Origin: Psammoneis japonica
Lineage: Eukaryota
DNA length: 42,890 nt
NCBI GenBank assembly: GCA_008632985.1
Contig: QPGO01000134.1
Coordinates: forward strand, 186,001 to 228,890
Direction: 5' to 3'
Shown here: one piece after another, positions 1 to 12,139 of the stretch
Layout: the number at the start of each line of letters is the position of its first letter
How positions within the stretch are numbered: position 1 is the first letter of the stretch
The notes under the pieces: model-generated
Database searches by the model: none
The model's input: the letters and a program-made list of their open reading frames with translations, nothing else
What the model was told of the DNA's origin: nothing
Program-made: the position numbers and the translations under genes

Positions 1-199
1 GCTTCCTCTAGTAGGAGCTACGGACTCTAGCCCTCTTCTCCGAAATCAGACAATATGCGAAACCGGACTATGGCCGGACGTTGGAAGTACCCACGTCATT
101 TTCGAAAAAAATAGCTACATCATCATCGAATCGGCTCTGCAAGCGACGAAAACTTCCATCCGACAATGATGAACACGGCGGCAACTTGAAAGGGCAAAA

Positions 200-1284
200 A
201 TGTTGAGACTTTTACTTTTGCCTTCATGCTGTGCCATTTAGCGTCTGCTCTGGCTGCAAAGGTGATACTGCTGATAGTTTATCGTTTCGCTTAGGCCACC
301 ACGAGCTGGAGCCACAGGAACTTCCTCCCTTCCTCCACGCATATCATTCGCAGGCACTAAACCTGACTAGCCAGGCGTTGTTGGATGAGTCGCTAGACTA
401 TATTCCGAATGTGTCTTATGGATCCGATTCCCACCAGAAACTCGACGTTTGGAAACGCAAGGACGCTCCCCGGGAGGACCGATTGTCGTGTTTGTGCACG
501 GAGGCGGTTGGGATTGGGGGTACCGAGAATGGGCTGCTTCCCAGCAAAGCATATTGCAAAATGGACAAGTCACCCATTTTTGTAACGCCATCGTATGCTA
601 TTGGGAAGGGCGAACGACAAATGTGGCCTGATGCAAGAAACGATATGGTTGCGGTGCTGGAATGGATCAAATCATCAGCCGAGAAATACGGGGGAATCCC
701 AGTCACGTCTTCCTGGCTGGTCACTCGGCTGGTGGCCACCTAGCTGCAAGTGTAGCAATGAATCCGATCTCTTACGAGAGAAGAATATTGATCCTTCCAC
801 ATTAGAGGTTGTTTCTCATCAGCGCGCCGCTGGGACTCCGTGCCCAAGACTTCTTTCCTTCCCGTCTTTGGGACTACGCTTCATTACAAGACCATTTCTC
901 AAGCTGTTGTATCGGGGAGTCTTCTTGAAAGTGCTTAGTCCCGTGCTTGGAAAGAGAACCGAAAACGCCAAACGCTTCGAAACTGCAAAAGAAGCTTCCC
1001 CTCTATTCTTGTTGGAACGTATGAAGGAAGGAAACTCAAAGGATCTAAGGGACATCTTCCTGATTCGATTCATTACTCTTTTGGCGAGTCTGGCGATTTT
1101 CCCATTTGTAAACCACAACTAACCGTTTGGTAGACATTCTTGGTGACAAAAACCATGTCCAGTCGCTTGAAATTCCTGTTGATTCTCACTTTGATACGCA
1201 CTTCTCTTTAGCAGAAGGAGGTCGCAATGGTACACGGATCTTGGAGAAGCAATGAGTAAATGTTCGTCAGGAGTGTTGAAATGA
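200..1284 (+). pseudogene. Alpha/beta hydrolase (HSL-like / arylformamidase-like), split by several frameshifts (pseudogene or assembly indels)
   Basis: QKLDVW in ORF 231..743, PIVVFVHGGGW (HGGGW at 497-511) in ORF 449..631, and VFLAGHSAGGHLA (GHSAG at 719-733) out of frame with ORF 231..743. Both ends are approximate. Confidence 0.75.
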
Positions 1285-1289
1285 GCAAA

Positions 1290-2110
1290 TTCGACACTGG
1301 CACGAATGATTGAAGATTTGGAATGATCCAGAGGAGGCGAGATCGGTTTGCAGATGGGCTCGTATATGACCCATCCAGCAATTGACTTCTCCTCCATTTG
1401 CTAGCCTACGGAGCAAAATGTATAAATAGAAATGAATTGGTTTCTGTTATATCGTTAAATCTCGAAGACAAACAAAGTATCAACTTAGCCATAAAAACAA
1501 CACTCGGTTGCCATGGTCCATCCTGGCTCCTGGCCGTCACGACCTCCAGACCAAATACATCGAGAGCCTTCTTGATCAAAGCGTCAGACTCTTCTTTGTT
1601 GACGAGTAACGCGTCAATTTCCGCCAAAGAGACACCCTGACACGAATCGACCCGTCCAGAGCCAAAGCGTTTTCCTCTACTTGCAGAAGCAGCTCAGCGT
1701 TCTCCGCGCCTTCGCCGTGTCCATAGTAGGCTTTCATCACAAGACCGTGTCCGCACCAAGAACTCTGTCAAAGGCTTCATTTGCTGCCTTTGGAATTTCC
1801 AAAAAGTTGACAGGAAAAATTGAATCAAACTTTCCCCACGGCTTGGCCTCGTCACAGCTGACGAGAATGCGTGTCTCTCGCTTGGAATACTTTGCAATCG
1901 GTTCCGGTAACTGGGTGCTATCATTGCCGTCACCTCCTTTGTCATTCTTCAAGCTTTCCGCTGGAATGGCACGAGCTGCCATCGAAGCAAGCGACCCATC
2001 GTTAGCGACCTTTTTCAACAACTTCAGATATAGAGGCCAGCATGGATTATGGGGAAGCTTGATAGCGATGCCGTAGCCAAGGCACTAGTGGCAGTAACAG
2101 ATACACCCAT
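1290..2110 (-). pseudogene. Hypothetical protein broken across several reading frames, possibly with an intron
   Basis: ATG at 2110, followed by successive protein-like minus-strand ORF pieces 1737..2021, 1406..1627 and 1119..1397. No family recognised. Confidence 0.35.
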
Positions 2111-2459
2111 CTTCTCTTGAGAGCTTTGCTGCTTCTCCTTGCAGAATGCCAAATCTCTAGCGAAATGGTAGTGAGAAAAGTGCGGTACCCTTAGATCTCT
2201 CTACATAGCATGGAACTCTCCGACGTTTCAATGGCCGTGGCAACCCCGAGCACTTGAGCATGCATGTGAGTCTGTATGTCAGACGATCACGGAGTACACC
2301 ATATAGATTTGGTTGAATGGATTCGAGCAGAATCGATCATTTTCCACCAAAGCCAGAAAAAACAAAATACCAAATCAGATACGACTTAACGCAATTACTA
2401 TGCTCGCTGCAAGTTACTAAACTCATACCTAGTTTATCTATTAGATCGACGACCCTTTC

Positions 2460-3283
2460 CTAAGATGCCTCACTGGTGACCGCCTGAGCAACCTTCAAAC
2501 GGTCAAAATATTCTTCAATGGGGAAATGCGTATCGGCATCGGCGACAAATGTGTCACCGCTTTGATAAGGGAGATCGCCGTGAACAAAGTCATGGACGAT
2601 AGCCGCAAGCTCATCAGCCTTTCCCGGACGCTGACTGGGATTGACCATTTTCGCAAAAGTTTTCGCCATGTCGGCGTCTCCGCCCAACCACCTATCAGAC
2701 ATTTCTGTCTCATACAGGGTAGGATTGATAGACACAACCGACAAGGACTTGATGCGCTCGTCTTGAGACTCAGCAAACTGTGCCGCATAAGAGCGGACGA
2801 GACTGTCGACGGCGGCCTTGGAAGACGCATAGATGGGATTTCCCGAGAACGCCATGATGGAGCTAACACTGCTCGTACAGACAAACGTACCACCAGCTCG
2901 AAGGAGTGGGGTGCCATATTGTAATCCCAGGACGACACCACGTACGTTCACAGAGTAGATGTAATCATGAGTCTTGATGTTCAGGTTCGATACCATGGTC
3001 TCTTCGCTACTTCCCTCTACACCAGCATTGAGAAGGATAAAGTCCACCCTTTCCTTCCCAAAGTGCTTCTCGGCAGCTTCAAAGAAAGTTTTGGTAGACT
3101 CCTCATCCGCAACGTCAACGACGTGGAAAGTCGAGTTGGTCTGCTTCGCTACAGCGGCGCCGCGGTCCTCACGGCGACCACCAATGAAAACAGTGGCTCC
3201 TTCGCTGCTTAGAGCGGACGCCATTTGCACACCAAAGCCGGAAGTGCTCCAGTGATGATGATGTTTTTGCCTTCGAGACTCAT
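2460..3283 (-). CDS. Short-chain dehydrogenase/reductase (SDR) with a 1-nt frameshift near 3247
   Basis: MSLEGKNIIITG joins (G)TSGFGVQM to give TGxxxGxG once one base is restored. Also has LNAG, TSS and the catalytic YASSK motif. Confidence 0.9.
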
Positions 3284-3796
3284 GATTTGGAGTTTTGTTG
3301 TTGTTGTTGTTGGACTTGCTTCGTATGATTTGTGAGATAAAATTGTGAGGAGAAGCGACGAGAAACGTCGCTCGGCGAAGTGCGAAGTCACCTCAGAAGG
3401 CGAAATCCGTATCCACGTAGAAATGACAAATTTCGTACTGAACACTACAAAAAGTTTGCCAGGACGGTTGGACGGACTACGGTGCGCTGATGATCGTTCG
3501 AATTCTTCCGAATTCACTTTTGTTCCTGACTTGGATTTCAATTCTTGGCGCACTCTCTTCGAGGCTTGCTCTTGTTTCCGTCCGAAATCCCTTCAGTTCT
3601 CACGGCAATGTCTACTCACTGAATGTTGTTTTTTTTTGCAGACGAGCGTTGGTAGACTTAGACTCAACCACGGCAATTGCCGCTCCCAACAACAGCACAG
3701 CTTGCCACTCCGGCTCTTCTGAACTCGTTTTTGTTGGGTTGTCGGACCCTCCATGCGTTTGACTGGCTAGATCTTATGAGAATCAGTATGAACTCA

Positions 3797-5239
3797 TCAA
3801 TACGATGACTGCATGTCTGCACTTGCCAAATCTTGTGTATGTAGATTCGTAACACCGGTAATTGCAAGTACCCATGCATGTTGACAGGGTAGAAGGTCGG
3901 GTGTCAAGTTCGGAATCTGTATTGACGTGCCATTCTGATTGGTCGAGAACCTGATTGTCTCGTTAATGTTCAATCCCAGCATCGTAATTCGACTCTGGCG
4001 TGTAACTTGAGGTGCATGAAGCTCTAGCACACCGCCCGTTGGCCATGATGTAAACAATGCGTATAGTGTATCGTCACGACGTGTATAGAACACAACATCT
4101 GATTCGTTCTGACACACTTTCCATGGTTTACTCGCATAAATGGCATCGCCGTTAACTTTGAGCCAATTTCCAATGCCGAGCAAACGATCCCAAAATATTG
4201 GCGCAATTGTCCCGTCGTGACTTGGTCCAACATTCAAAAGCATGTTTCCACCCCACGCAACCACCCGGATCAACTCATGTACAAAGTACTCTACTGTCAA
4301 GTAATCACTGATGGAAGAATTCCGATTGAATCCCCAAGATGTCGCGTCAATGGTCAATGCGTTTTCCCATTTACGATCCAAGAGTCGACCGGGGTTATAT
4401 CGATCGACTGGAGTGAAAAAGGATCCGTGTTTGTTGTTGACATCGGATCCCCACCGATCATTCCACACAACCGTATCTGCAACTGAGCTGTTGGTAGCAA
4501 GCCACGCGAGAAACTCTGGAGCGTGCCAATACTTTTCGTCTGTGACGGGCCAGTCTCCATCACTCCACATGACCTCTGGTTGGTACTTTTTTACCAAGTC
4601 ATAGAGTTCGGGCATGGTTTTGGTATCACGAAAGACACTCGTGGAAAAGTTGTTTCTGGCATCTTGCAAAAAGGCCGGATTGAACCATTCAAGCAAGCTA
4701 TGATAAAGCCCAAAACGCAGTGGTTTGTCCGTAAACGGCGAGGTGGTTGCTTTGACAGCTTTTGATAGCTCTTCTACTAAATCTCTTTTCGGACCAACAT
4801 CCATTGCGTTCCAATTCCACGTCGTTTCAATATTCCGACTGTCCCAATTGCAAAATCCTTCATGGTGTTTGCTGACAAGCACGACATATTGCGCCCCAGC
4901 GTCTCGAAACAGATTTGCCCAATCCTTTGCATTGTACAGCGTCGCATCAAACCGGTGAGCATAATCTTGGTAGACAAAGCCCGGCTTTTCGGTTTTCTGC
5001 ACATAATCCACATACTTTTGTTCGCTCGATGCTTTCCAGTGATACCAGAACCATTCATCTCCATAGGATGGCACCGAAAAAACACCCCAATGAATAAAGA
5101 TTCCAAACTTTGCTTCGTCGTACCATGGCGGTGTTGGACGAGCATCTAAGGATTCCCACGTTGCTTCGTATGCTGAGCTTATCCATACTCTTGCAATGGC
5201 TAGTAAACAAAAACGGAGTAGTAAACACACCCTCATCAT
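3797..5239 (-). CDS. Alpha-L-fucosidase (GH29) with signal peptide
   Basis: WESLDARPTPPWYDEAKFGIFIHWGVFSVP, SKHHEGF, WSDGDW (nucleophile), WNDRWG, GGNMLLNVGP. Intact ORF. Confidence 0.96.
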   Translation of the reverse strand: MMRVCLLLRFCLLAIARVWISSAYEATWESLDARPTPPWYDEAKFGIFIHWGVFSVPSYGDEWFWYHWKASSEQKYVDYVQKTEKPGFVYQDYAHRFDATLYNAKDWANLFRDAGAQYVVLVSKHHEGFCNWDSRNIETTWNWNAMDVGPKRDLVEELSKAVKATTSPFTDKPLRFGLYHSLLEWFNPAFLQDARNNFSTSVFRDTKTMPELYDLVKKYQPEVMWSDGDWPVTDEKYWHAPEFLAWLATNSSVADTVVWNDRWGSDVNNKHGSFFTPVDRYNPGRLLDRKWENALTIDATSWGFNRNSSISDYLTVEYFVHELIRVVAWGGNMLLNVGPSHDGTIAPIFWDRLLGIGNWLKVNGDAIYASKPWKVCQNESDVVFYTRRDDTLYALFTSWPTGGVLELHAPQVTRQSRITMLGLNINETIRFSTNQNGTSIQIPNLTPDLLPCQHAWVLAITGVTNLHTQDLASADMQSSY

Positions 5240-5469
5240 GCACAGCACAAATCAAAATCTACAAAATAGGCTCTCTAAAAAGCGATCTCAATAAGCAAAA
5301 TAAAAGCAGATTCAAGATTTAGGATTTTATTTCGTAAATATATATCTTTCGGATGTTATAGTATTCAAAATCATTTTTCTAGTTCAATTCCTTGCTGCGC
5401 TTCTCTACGTCACCGTTTCCAGTTTTTTCTTCAAGAAGACCGACTATCGACGACATTCTGCTTAAGACC

Positions 5470-6851
5470 ATGGTAGTGTCGACACGAAGCCATCGTCCAG
5501 AAGACCTGCAGCAAATATTTGATGCACTCCATGAAGAGCTGGAGAAAAGTGACGAGGCTTCTCTCGAAAGAGTCCAGTCCTTGGTTCATATGTATCCTGA
5601 CGTAACACAGCGTCTCCGTCGAGGGAATTTCCCTTTACGAGCTCAATTGGAGCTTCCGTTACACGCAGCGATCATGTGGCTGTGCAGCGCTGACATTATT
5701 CTCTTTCTTGGCGAAAGGACGACTTACACGACCTACAGAGCCGTGTTGTGTCCGAGTCCTTTGTATCTTTATTTGGAATGCTTTGTCGAGCCTACTGCAC
5801 TAGCAGATCCATCTCTCCGTGTTCTTCGAATGCTGACCCACCGTTTTCGAAAGGACCTTATGATTCCCACTCCCACGCACGACTGGCATCGCCCTAATCG
5901 ACTAGATTTGCCCATTCACTTTGCTCTTCGGCGGCGTCTACCATCTGACGTTATCAAAATACTTGCAAAGGGCGAACCCGCTGCGCTCAACAAAAAGAAT
6001 GGGGTAGGTCAGTGCCCTCTGCTTGTTGCTTGTTGTAGGCAAAATGTTGACGATGCCAAGATGCTCCAAGCCTACAACTACTAGTGCAGTACTGTCCTGA
6101 AGTGATGGAGTCGGGAGATAATTATCTACATCGATGTCTGGTAGCTCTCATGCAAGACTGTGAAGGCGGTCCCCTGGCGGTCCGGTTCCTTCTCGAACAA
6201 TTGTATCCGTCCCTCCGCGAAAAATTCATACCCTTTCAGGCAACAGAGTGCGAAACCCTGACATGCGGCTTTGTCTATTGTCTCGCACGTCTTTTTCCCG
6301 AGGCCCTTGGGGTTGTTCACAACGGATCGACCGCCCTTCATGAACTCTGTGACAATAGGTATGTCGTTCAAGGCCAAGACAACCTGCTTTTGTTTGCACA
6401 ACCAGAAGCGGCTCGCATAAAGGATAGAAGGGGAAGGCTGCCCTTACACCTTCTTTGTCAGCAAAATCCTGAGCTACAGTTGGTACAGGCGTTTGTGAAG
6501 CTCTACCCAGAATCAGTGCGAATTGCGGACAAGCGTGGATTGCTGCCCTTGCACTTTGCCTGCATGCAGCATCCCACGAACAAGGCTGACGCCATCAAGC
6601 AGAGCAATGTGATTCGGTATTTGGTTGAGCAACACCCTGCCGCAATTGATGTGCCAGCCAACAACCACTGGAATAAACATCGTCCCGAATTGCGCCTTCC
6701 CGTCTTTGTGGTAGCCTCCAATCGAAATGCACAACTGGATGCCGTCTATCATCTATTGAGGCTGCATCCTGGAGCCGTGTTGGCCGCGCAGCATCCTGGC
6801 AGGCCCGCTTCTGGGCGCAAACGCAAGGCTCCAGAGTATCTGTGCTTCTGA
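5470..6851 (+). CDS. Ankyrin-repeat protein with a frameshift near 6060
   Basis: Repeated LPLH/LPIH/TALH helix motifs (GRLPLHLLC, GLLPLHFAC, YPESV). ORFs 5392..6084 and 6084..6851 join through LQLLVQYCP. C-terminal RKRK is a possible NLS. Confidence 0.82.
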
Positions 6852-7227
6852 GTTACCTGGCTTGCATGCAATGGATAGCCAAGCAATGCCGTTCTTCAAG
6901 AGCACCATCAAGAAAAGACGTTCTGGCAAGGTTTGCGGCTAGACTGCGATTTATTCTACGCGAAAAGCTGTAACAGCGAGGTAGTCTCATGTTCTATCCC
7001 CCCTGTCTTGTATCTGTCTAATCTACCTCTCTAGCTAGTGGGTATTATCTCTCCATCTAGGACTAGCTAGAGAGCATGTGCTCCAGGCCAAAAGGTTTCA
7101 GGTTGCTGAGTTTGTGTTTTTTATCCGCACAAAAGAGTTGTGATACGGACGCGCGACAGATCGCAGCGCAGAGACGGTCGGTGATGATAATAGAATACTG
7201 TAGAAGTACTTACTCAAGTTTCGAGAA

Positions 7228-7410
7228 GTGGGAGCAAAAGATGCACAATCCCTTGCTGTTTATCCAGATGTCATGACGTATTCCCAGTTGCACAAGGATC
7301 ATCAGCTTGCAGCTGGGGTGCTACCCGAATTGGTGCGTCTCAGCATTGGGCCGGAGATTGTGGACAATATCATTGACGACTTGGAACAAGCCTTGGCCAA
7401 GGTGATTTAG
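7228..7410 (+). pseudogene. Orphan C-terminal fragment of O-acetylhomoserine sulfhydrylase (MetY/MET17, Cys/Met PLP enzyme family)
   Basis: DAQSLAVYPDVMTYSQL...AAGVLPELVRLSIGPEIVDNIIDDLEQAL matches the family C-terminus (DAKSLxIHPASTTHxQL...LxRLSIGxExxxDIxxDLxQAL). No upstream part is visible. Confidence 0.72.
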
Positions 7411-7463
7411 GAAGTCGTCGCTGCATTTAAATCTCAACATGTCATTTTCTCTACGGAAATATG

Positions 7464-9320
7464 TTAGCCATCAAGAGGGATGAGAACACATCGATGAATA
7501 GGCGTTCCATTCATTGTGCAAGCAACCTCCGTCTCAGTTCTCCCAGGGTTTGGGAGTAGCGGAGTCTCGCACCACCCTTTACCACGAGCTCGTTCTCCCC
7601 CCATTGCAACCCACTCCTGTGTTCGTTTAGGTATTCGAAAATTGTTTCCGCTTGACTGCGTGTCCTTTTCTATTCCGTGAAATTCGTCGACAACGCAAAA
7701 GCCAGCGTCGCGACAAGCAGCATGGCGCATCCACAACGCAACATCCTCGCAGTTTGACTGTATCAACAGTTTCCCACAAAAGTTTGTGCTACCCTTTCCC
7801 TTCTTGACTAGTACTTGCCTTACCGACGAAAGTAGTTCAGGTGTCACCATGAAGCCACTCGTGACGTTGACCGGAAGCGGCGAGTTTCCGTCAGGTTGTT
7901 GGATACCGACGTCAGCAGCAGAAGTAAAGTTAACAGATGCCGGCATGCGATAAGGAGTTGGAAATTGTATAAGGCAGAGCTGAACAGGACCAGGATAAGA
8001 CTCAATAACTTGTTGGAGAAAAGATTCTGCGTCTTGCTGGAAAAAGTGAAGCTTATGATCCAATCCCCAACGTTTGGCAAGCCCGCGGGCATATCCAATA
8101 CCGAGTCCATTGAGATCAACTCCCGCATAATTCGACCCCGACCAGTTGGCTAGGGGATTGCCCTCGACCAATTCCGTGGTGTCTTCCATCTGTGACAGTC
8201 CAAGCAATGACACGCCCATTCCACAACCCACATCCACAACGAGAGGACGAGCCGGGTTCTCGAAGATATCTGACCAAACTATAGGTGTTGATCCGCTATT
8301 CGAGTGAGTCGGTGGCCCAATCGACTCGGCTGTGAAGGGAAACTCTCGCTCCCATTGAGCTGAGGCGGCTTGAAAAAAGTACCGTTGCCGTTGTTGACGA
8401 GTCGAGAATCGCCAAAGCGTGAGGAGACTGCGGTCTGAAGAAAGATTGAGAAGACGATTGCCGGCACCAACACCCTTCTGATCACCCTTGCTCTCTAGAT
8501 CTTTACTCTTTAGAGCCCGTGTTGCAGCTTGCTCGAGGGCTTCATGACGTTGCAATCCGGCAGCTCCAAAGCGTTCCAGGACATGCCAAATATCCTTTGA
8601 TCGACAAGACGCTCGTTTGCCGAATCGATCGAGTTCCTGTGCAGCCACGTCAGCCAGTGATTCAAACAAAGCTTGATCAGCAATACCCGCCAAAGCAAGC
8701 CACAAGCCCGCATCGGCTGCCTTACGACCCTGCAGATCGTACTCGCCCATTTTCTCGAGACGCTCTCGTATTTGTTGCATCAACAGATCGGACTGGTTGT
8801 TCCACAGAGAATCGTCATTTTCTAGTCGTTTTCTCGTCAAAGCTCGCCCCAGAGCCACGTGAGCTAGCTGCAGAACCGTAGGTCCTTCCAAAGAGGATGG
8901 GGGTGTTTCTGCCCATTTCCACGCAGTTCCTCCGCCCTGACTACGAGGTTGGTCCCGCAATACCACGTTTCCAATACTGGAGATTTGAGCCATTAGCTCA
9001 TCGGCACGGGTGTAGTCTCCACAACGGCGAGCCTCGGCACGTTCCTGGACGAGCTTTGATATGGTCTCTTCTAAATCTGCATTTTCTCCTGGCCGTTTCA
9101 CACCATGATCTACTTGAGACTCTTGCGACCACAATGAAGTCGAATAAGCGCGCCGTTTCCATCGGCTTGACTTTTTATTGAGAGGATGAAACGCCAGAAA
9201 GCCACCAGAGGTAGCGCAACGATGAACAGTGTTTCTTGGAACTGATAATGCGCATGCCCAATCATGGAGCCCGAATGCAAAACCCACAAGCCAGAGGTAT
9301 CTCGTATAAGCAGAAACCAT
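7464..9320 (-). CDS. Organelle-targeted SAM-dependent methyltransferase, TrmB (tRNA m7G46)-like, with an N-terminal CysRS anticodon-binding-like segment
   Basis: PLVVDVGCGMG, YAGVDL, FFQQDA, IQFPTP, GKLLIQSNCEDVA, TETE. Hydrophobic N-terminal leader. ERAEARRCGDYTRADEL...VVLRD...GTAWKW segment. Confidence 0.75.
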   Translation of the reverse strand: MVSAYTRYLWLVGFAFGLHDWACALSVPRNTVHRCATSGGFLAFHPLNKKSSRWKRRAYSTSLWSQESQVDHGVKRPGENADLEETISKLVQERAEARRCGDYTRADELMAQISSIGNVVLRDQPRSQGGGTAWKWAETPPSSLEGPTVLQLAHVALGRALTRKRLENDDSLWNNQSDLLMQQIRERLEKMGEYDLQGRKAADAGLWLALAGIADQALFESLADVAAQELDRFGKRASCRSKDIWHVLERFGAAGLQRHEALEQAATRALKSKDLESKGDQKGVGAGNRLLNLSSDRSLLTLWRFSTRQQRQRYFFQAASAQWEREFPFTAESIGPPTHSNSGSTPIVWSDIFENPARPLVVDVGCGMGVSLLGLSQMEDTTELVEGNPLANWSGSNYAGVDLNGLGIGYARGLAKRWGLDHKLHFFQQDAESFLQQVIESYPGPVQLCLIQFPTPYRMPASVNFTSAADVGIQQPDGNSPLPVNVTSGFMVTPELLSSVRQVLVKKGKGSTNFCGKLLIQSNCEDVALWMRHAACRDAGFCVVDEFHGIEKDTQSSGNNFRIPKRTQEWVAMGGERARGKGWCETPLLPNPGRTETEVACTMNGTPIHRCVLIPLDG

Positions 9321-10007
9321 TATGGATTCGAAACATCCACCATGAACCTTGACCTTGACATATGATTGCTTGTCCGAAGTTCTTGTAATCTTATCTTCCA
9401 CGTTCCGTAACGATCAATTGATAGAGCCACCAGAATCCTCATTGGACTGAAGAAGAGTCCACAATCAAAGCTACGGAGGCGTCAGCATGATCATGGTGAA
9501 AATGATGTTCGTTTCCAGTTTATACGCCATCGACCGTCATCAGTCATCAACCCCGCCTCAAAATAAAAAACGCAACTTGTTAGAATCGGTTATGGGACCA
9601 AATCTGGTCGGGCGAGGACCACGACGGTGACAGCGACGCTCTCTCTAGAGCTCTAGTAGAGAGGGCCTACTACTCTAGTAGCTAGCTATTCTAGCTAGAG
9701 AGAGAGAGTAGCTCTACCGGTAGCTCCTCCTACTACTACTACTAGTGCATCTACCCAAGCTCTAGAGTTTAGAACAGAATGACGAAGAGGCAACACACCG
9801 CACCGTTGCTGCGAACTGTGTATGAATAAACCATGGCGCGGTACCCATGAGATTTCGGTTGCAGGCAACGTTCCAGATTCCTACTTGTTGTTGAAGAGAG
9901 GTTCAAATCTGAGACTTGGTTTTATATATGATTTACTAAAAGACAAGTAATGTAGCGTGCGTATCGTGAAAAAGTTGTGGTGGGGATGGCTTGACTTTTT
10001 GCAGGAT

Positions 10008-12139
10008 TTAGAAGGTCATTGAAGCCGGGGAAACCTGGAAAGGAAGGCTCTCACGGTTCTTCTCCTCACCGAGCACCTTGTAGTCAATGGTCTGAGCGCG
10101 GAACTTAACGAGCATCATTTGGAATTCTTCAGCAGAAACAACCTCTTGGTCAATCAGTGTCTTTGCCAAGTGCTCCAACAAATCACTGTTGTCTTGGAGG
10201 ACCTTCTTGGCAATAATGTAACTGTTGTTGACAAGACGCTCAACTTCTTCTTCGGCAGCTTGTTCGACAACACCTCCCCAGGTAGGTGGGCGACGGAGCA
10301 TCATGCGTCCCATAAAGGGTCCGCCACCAGAGGGCTCGGTAACGGCGATACGGCCAAGCTTGTCACTCATTCCCCATTCCTTAACCATGCGCCTGGCAAT
10401 GTTGGCAACCTGCTGAATATCATTGGAAGCACCGGTGGTAACGTAGTCTTCACCGTAAATGAGTTCCTCGGCAAGACGGCCACCAAGGGCAACCGCGAGC
10501 TGAGACTCAAGGTATTGTCTACTGTACATGCCAGACTCCAACCTGGATTCTTGAGGGGCAAAGAAGGTCAATCCACCAGCACCATTGGAGCGGGGGATAA
10601 TGGTGATCTTCTGGACTTGATCGTAGTCAGGAACAAGGGCACCGACAATGGCGTGACCGGCCTCGTGGTAGGCAACGAGTTCCTTTTGCTTGGGGAGTTG
10701 GTTACCTCCAATCTTCTCCAATCCAACCATAACACGGTCGACAGCACTGTCGATTTCTTCCCATCCCAAGGTAGACTTGCCCTTGCGAGCAGCAGAAATG
10801 GCGGCCTCGTTCATTAGGTTCTCAAGCTGAGCACCAGAGAAACCGGGGGTACGGCGGGCAATGGCTTCGAGATCGACATCGGGTTCAAGGGGCTTTCCAC
10901 GGGAGTGAACACCCAAGATGCGGGCACGGCCCTTGTAGTCGGGAAGATCCACGGTGACCTTGCGGTCAAAACGTCCCGGACGGAGCAAGGCGTTATCCAA
11001 AATATCAACACGGTTCGTGGCAGCAATGGTGATGATTCCAGGGTTGCCCTCGAAACCGTCCATCTCAACCAAAATCTGGTTCACCGTTTGTTCACGCTCA
11101 TCGTTACCACCGGCGTAACCGGCACCACGTTGACGACCAACAGCATCAATCTCATCGATAAAGATAATGCAGGGAGCGTTCTTCTTGGCCTGCTTGAAAA
11201 TATCACGGACACGGGAAGCACCCACACCGACAAACATCTCCACAAACTCGGAACCCGAAATACTGATGAACGGTACTCCGGCCTCACCGGCAACAGCCTT
11301 GGCCAAGAGAGTCTTACCGGTACCGGGAGGTCCATCCAAAATCACACCACGGGGAATCTTGCAGCCATTGGCGGTGTACGCCTCGGGCTGCTTGAGAAAG
11401 TCCACCACTTCGGCCAATTCCAACTTGGCTCCGTCGCAGCCAGCAACATCGTCAAAGGTCACACCGGTATCGGGAACCATTTGAACTTCAGCCTTGGATT
11501 TTCCAAAACCCATGGGGTTACCGGGACCACCAAAGCCTCCGGGCATGCCACCCGCACGACGGCTCAAAAAGAAGAGACCGGCAAACAAAACGGCGGGGAA
11601 TACGAGGGACTGAGCGAGTTCACCCAAACCACTGGCCTCCTGAGCTGGCAAGACTGTAACGTCGACCTGTTAAAGAGAAATAGATATAGAATGATGTGTG
11701 AGATCATGGTTTGCGTTCTTTACAGTCACATACGTCATTTCCATAAATTTCTCACCTTGTGATTGGTAAGTTGTGTGAGCAAATCGGGATCATTGGGAAG
11801 AGTTTCAATCTTGAGACGTGCACCATCCACATCGACTCCCAACAGCTGAGTGCCATCGGCCGAAAAGGTCACTTTTTCAATCTTGTCTGAATCGACCATT
11901 TTCACAAAATCAGAATAGCGAACATCGGATGGTTGTCCGTAATTGTTTTGAACCACAACAGGAGCAGGAGCAGACACTTCTGGAGCAGGAGAGGCATCTG
12001 GCGGCATATCCACAGCCATATTCACACGGCTCTTATTCGTAGACACTCTATTTACAATCGAGGAGTGCGGAGCAAAGGCGATGGCATTGTCAGCCAAACA
12101 CAGAGTTACGCAAGCAATTGCTGAAAGAGAAAACTTCAT
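10008..12139 (-). CDS. ftsH: Nuclear-encoded plastid FtsH AAA+ zinc metalloprotease; 2 exons (12139-11756, 11666-10008)
   Basis: Signal peptide plus AIA-FAP plastid motif, Walker A GPPGTGKT, Walker [22 protein letters not shown], and HEAGH zinc site. Splicing gives in-frame HK|VDVTVLP. Confidence 0.96.
11667..11755 (-). other. Spliceosomal intron of ftsH (89 bp)
   Basis: AAG|GTGAG donor and TTTAACAG|G acceptor; removal restores the frame. Confidence 0.92.

Noticed and set aside
10119..11762. Long plus-strand ORFs of 232 and 285 aa
   Set aside because: Antisense shadows of the codon-biased ftsH gene.
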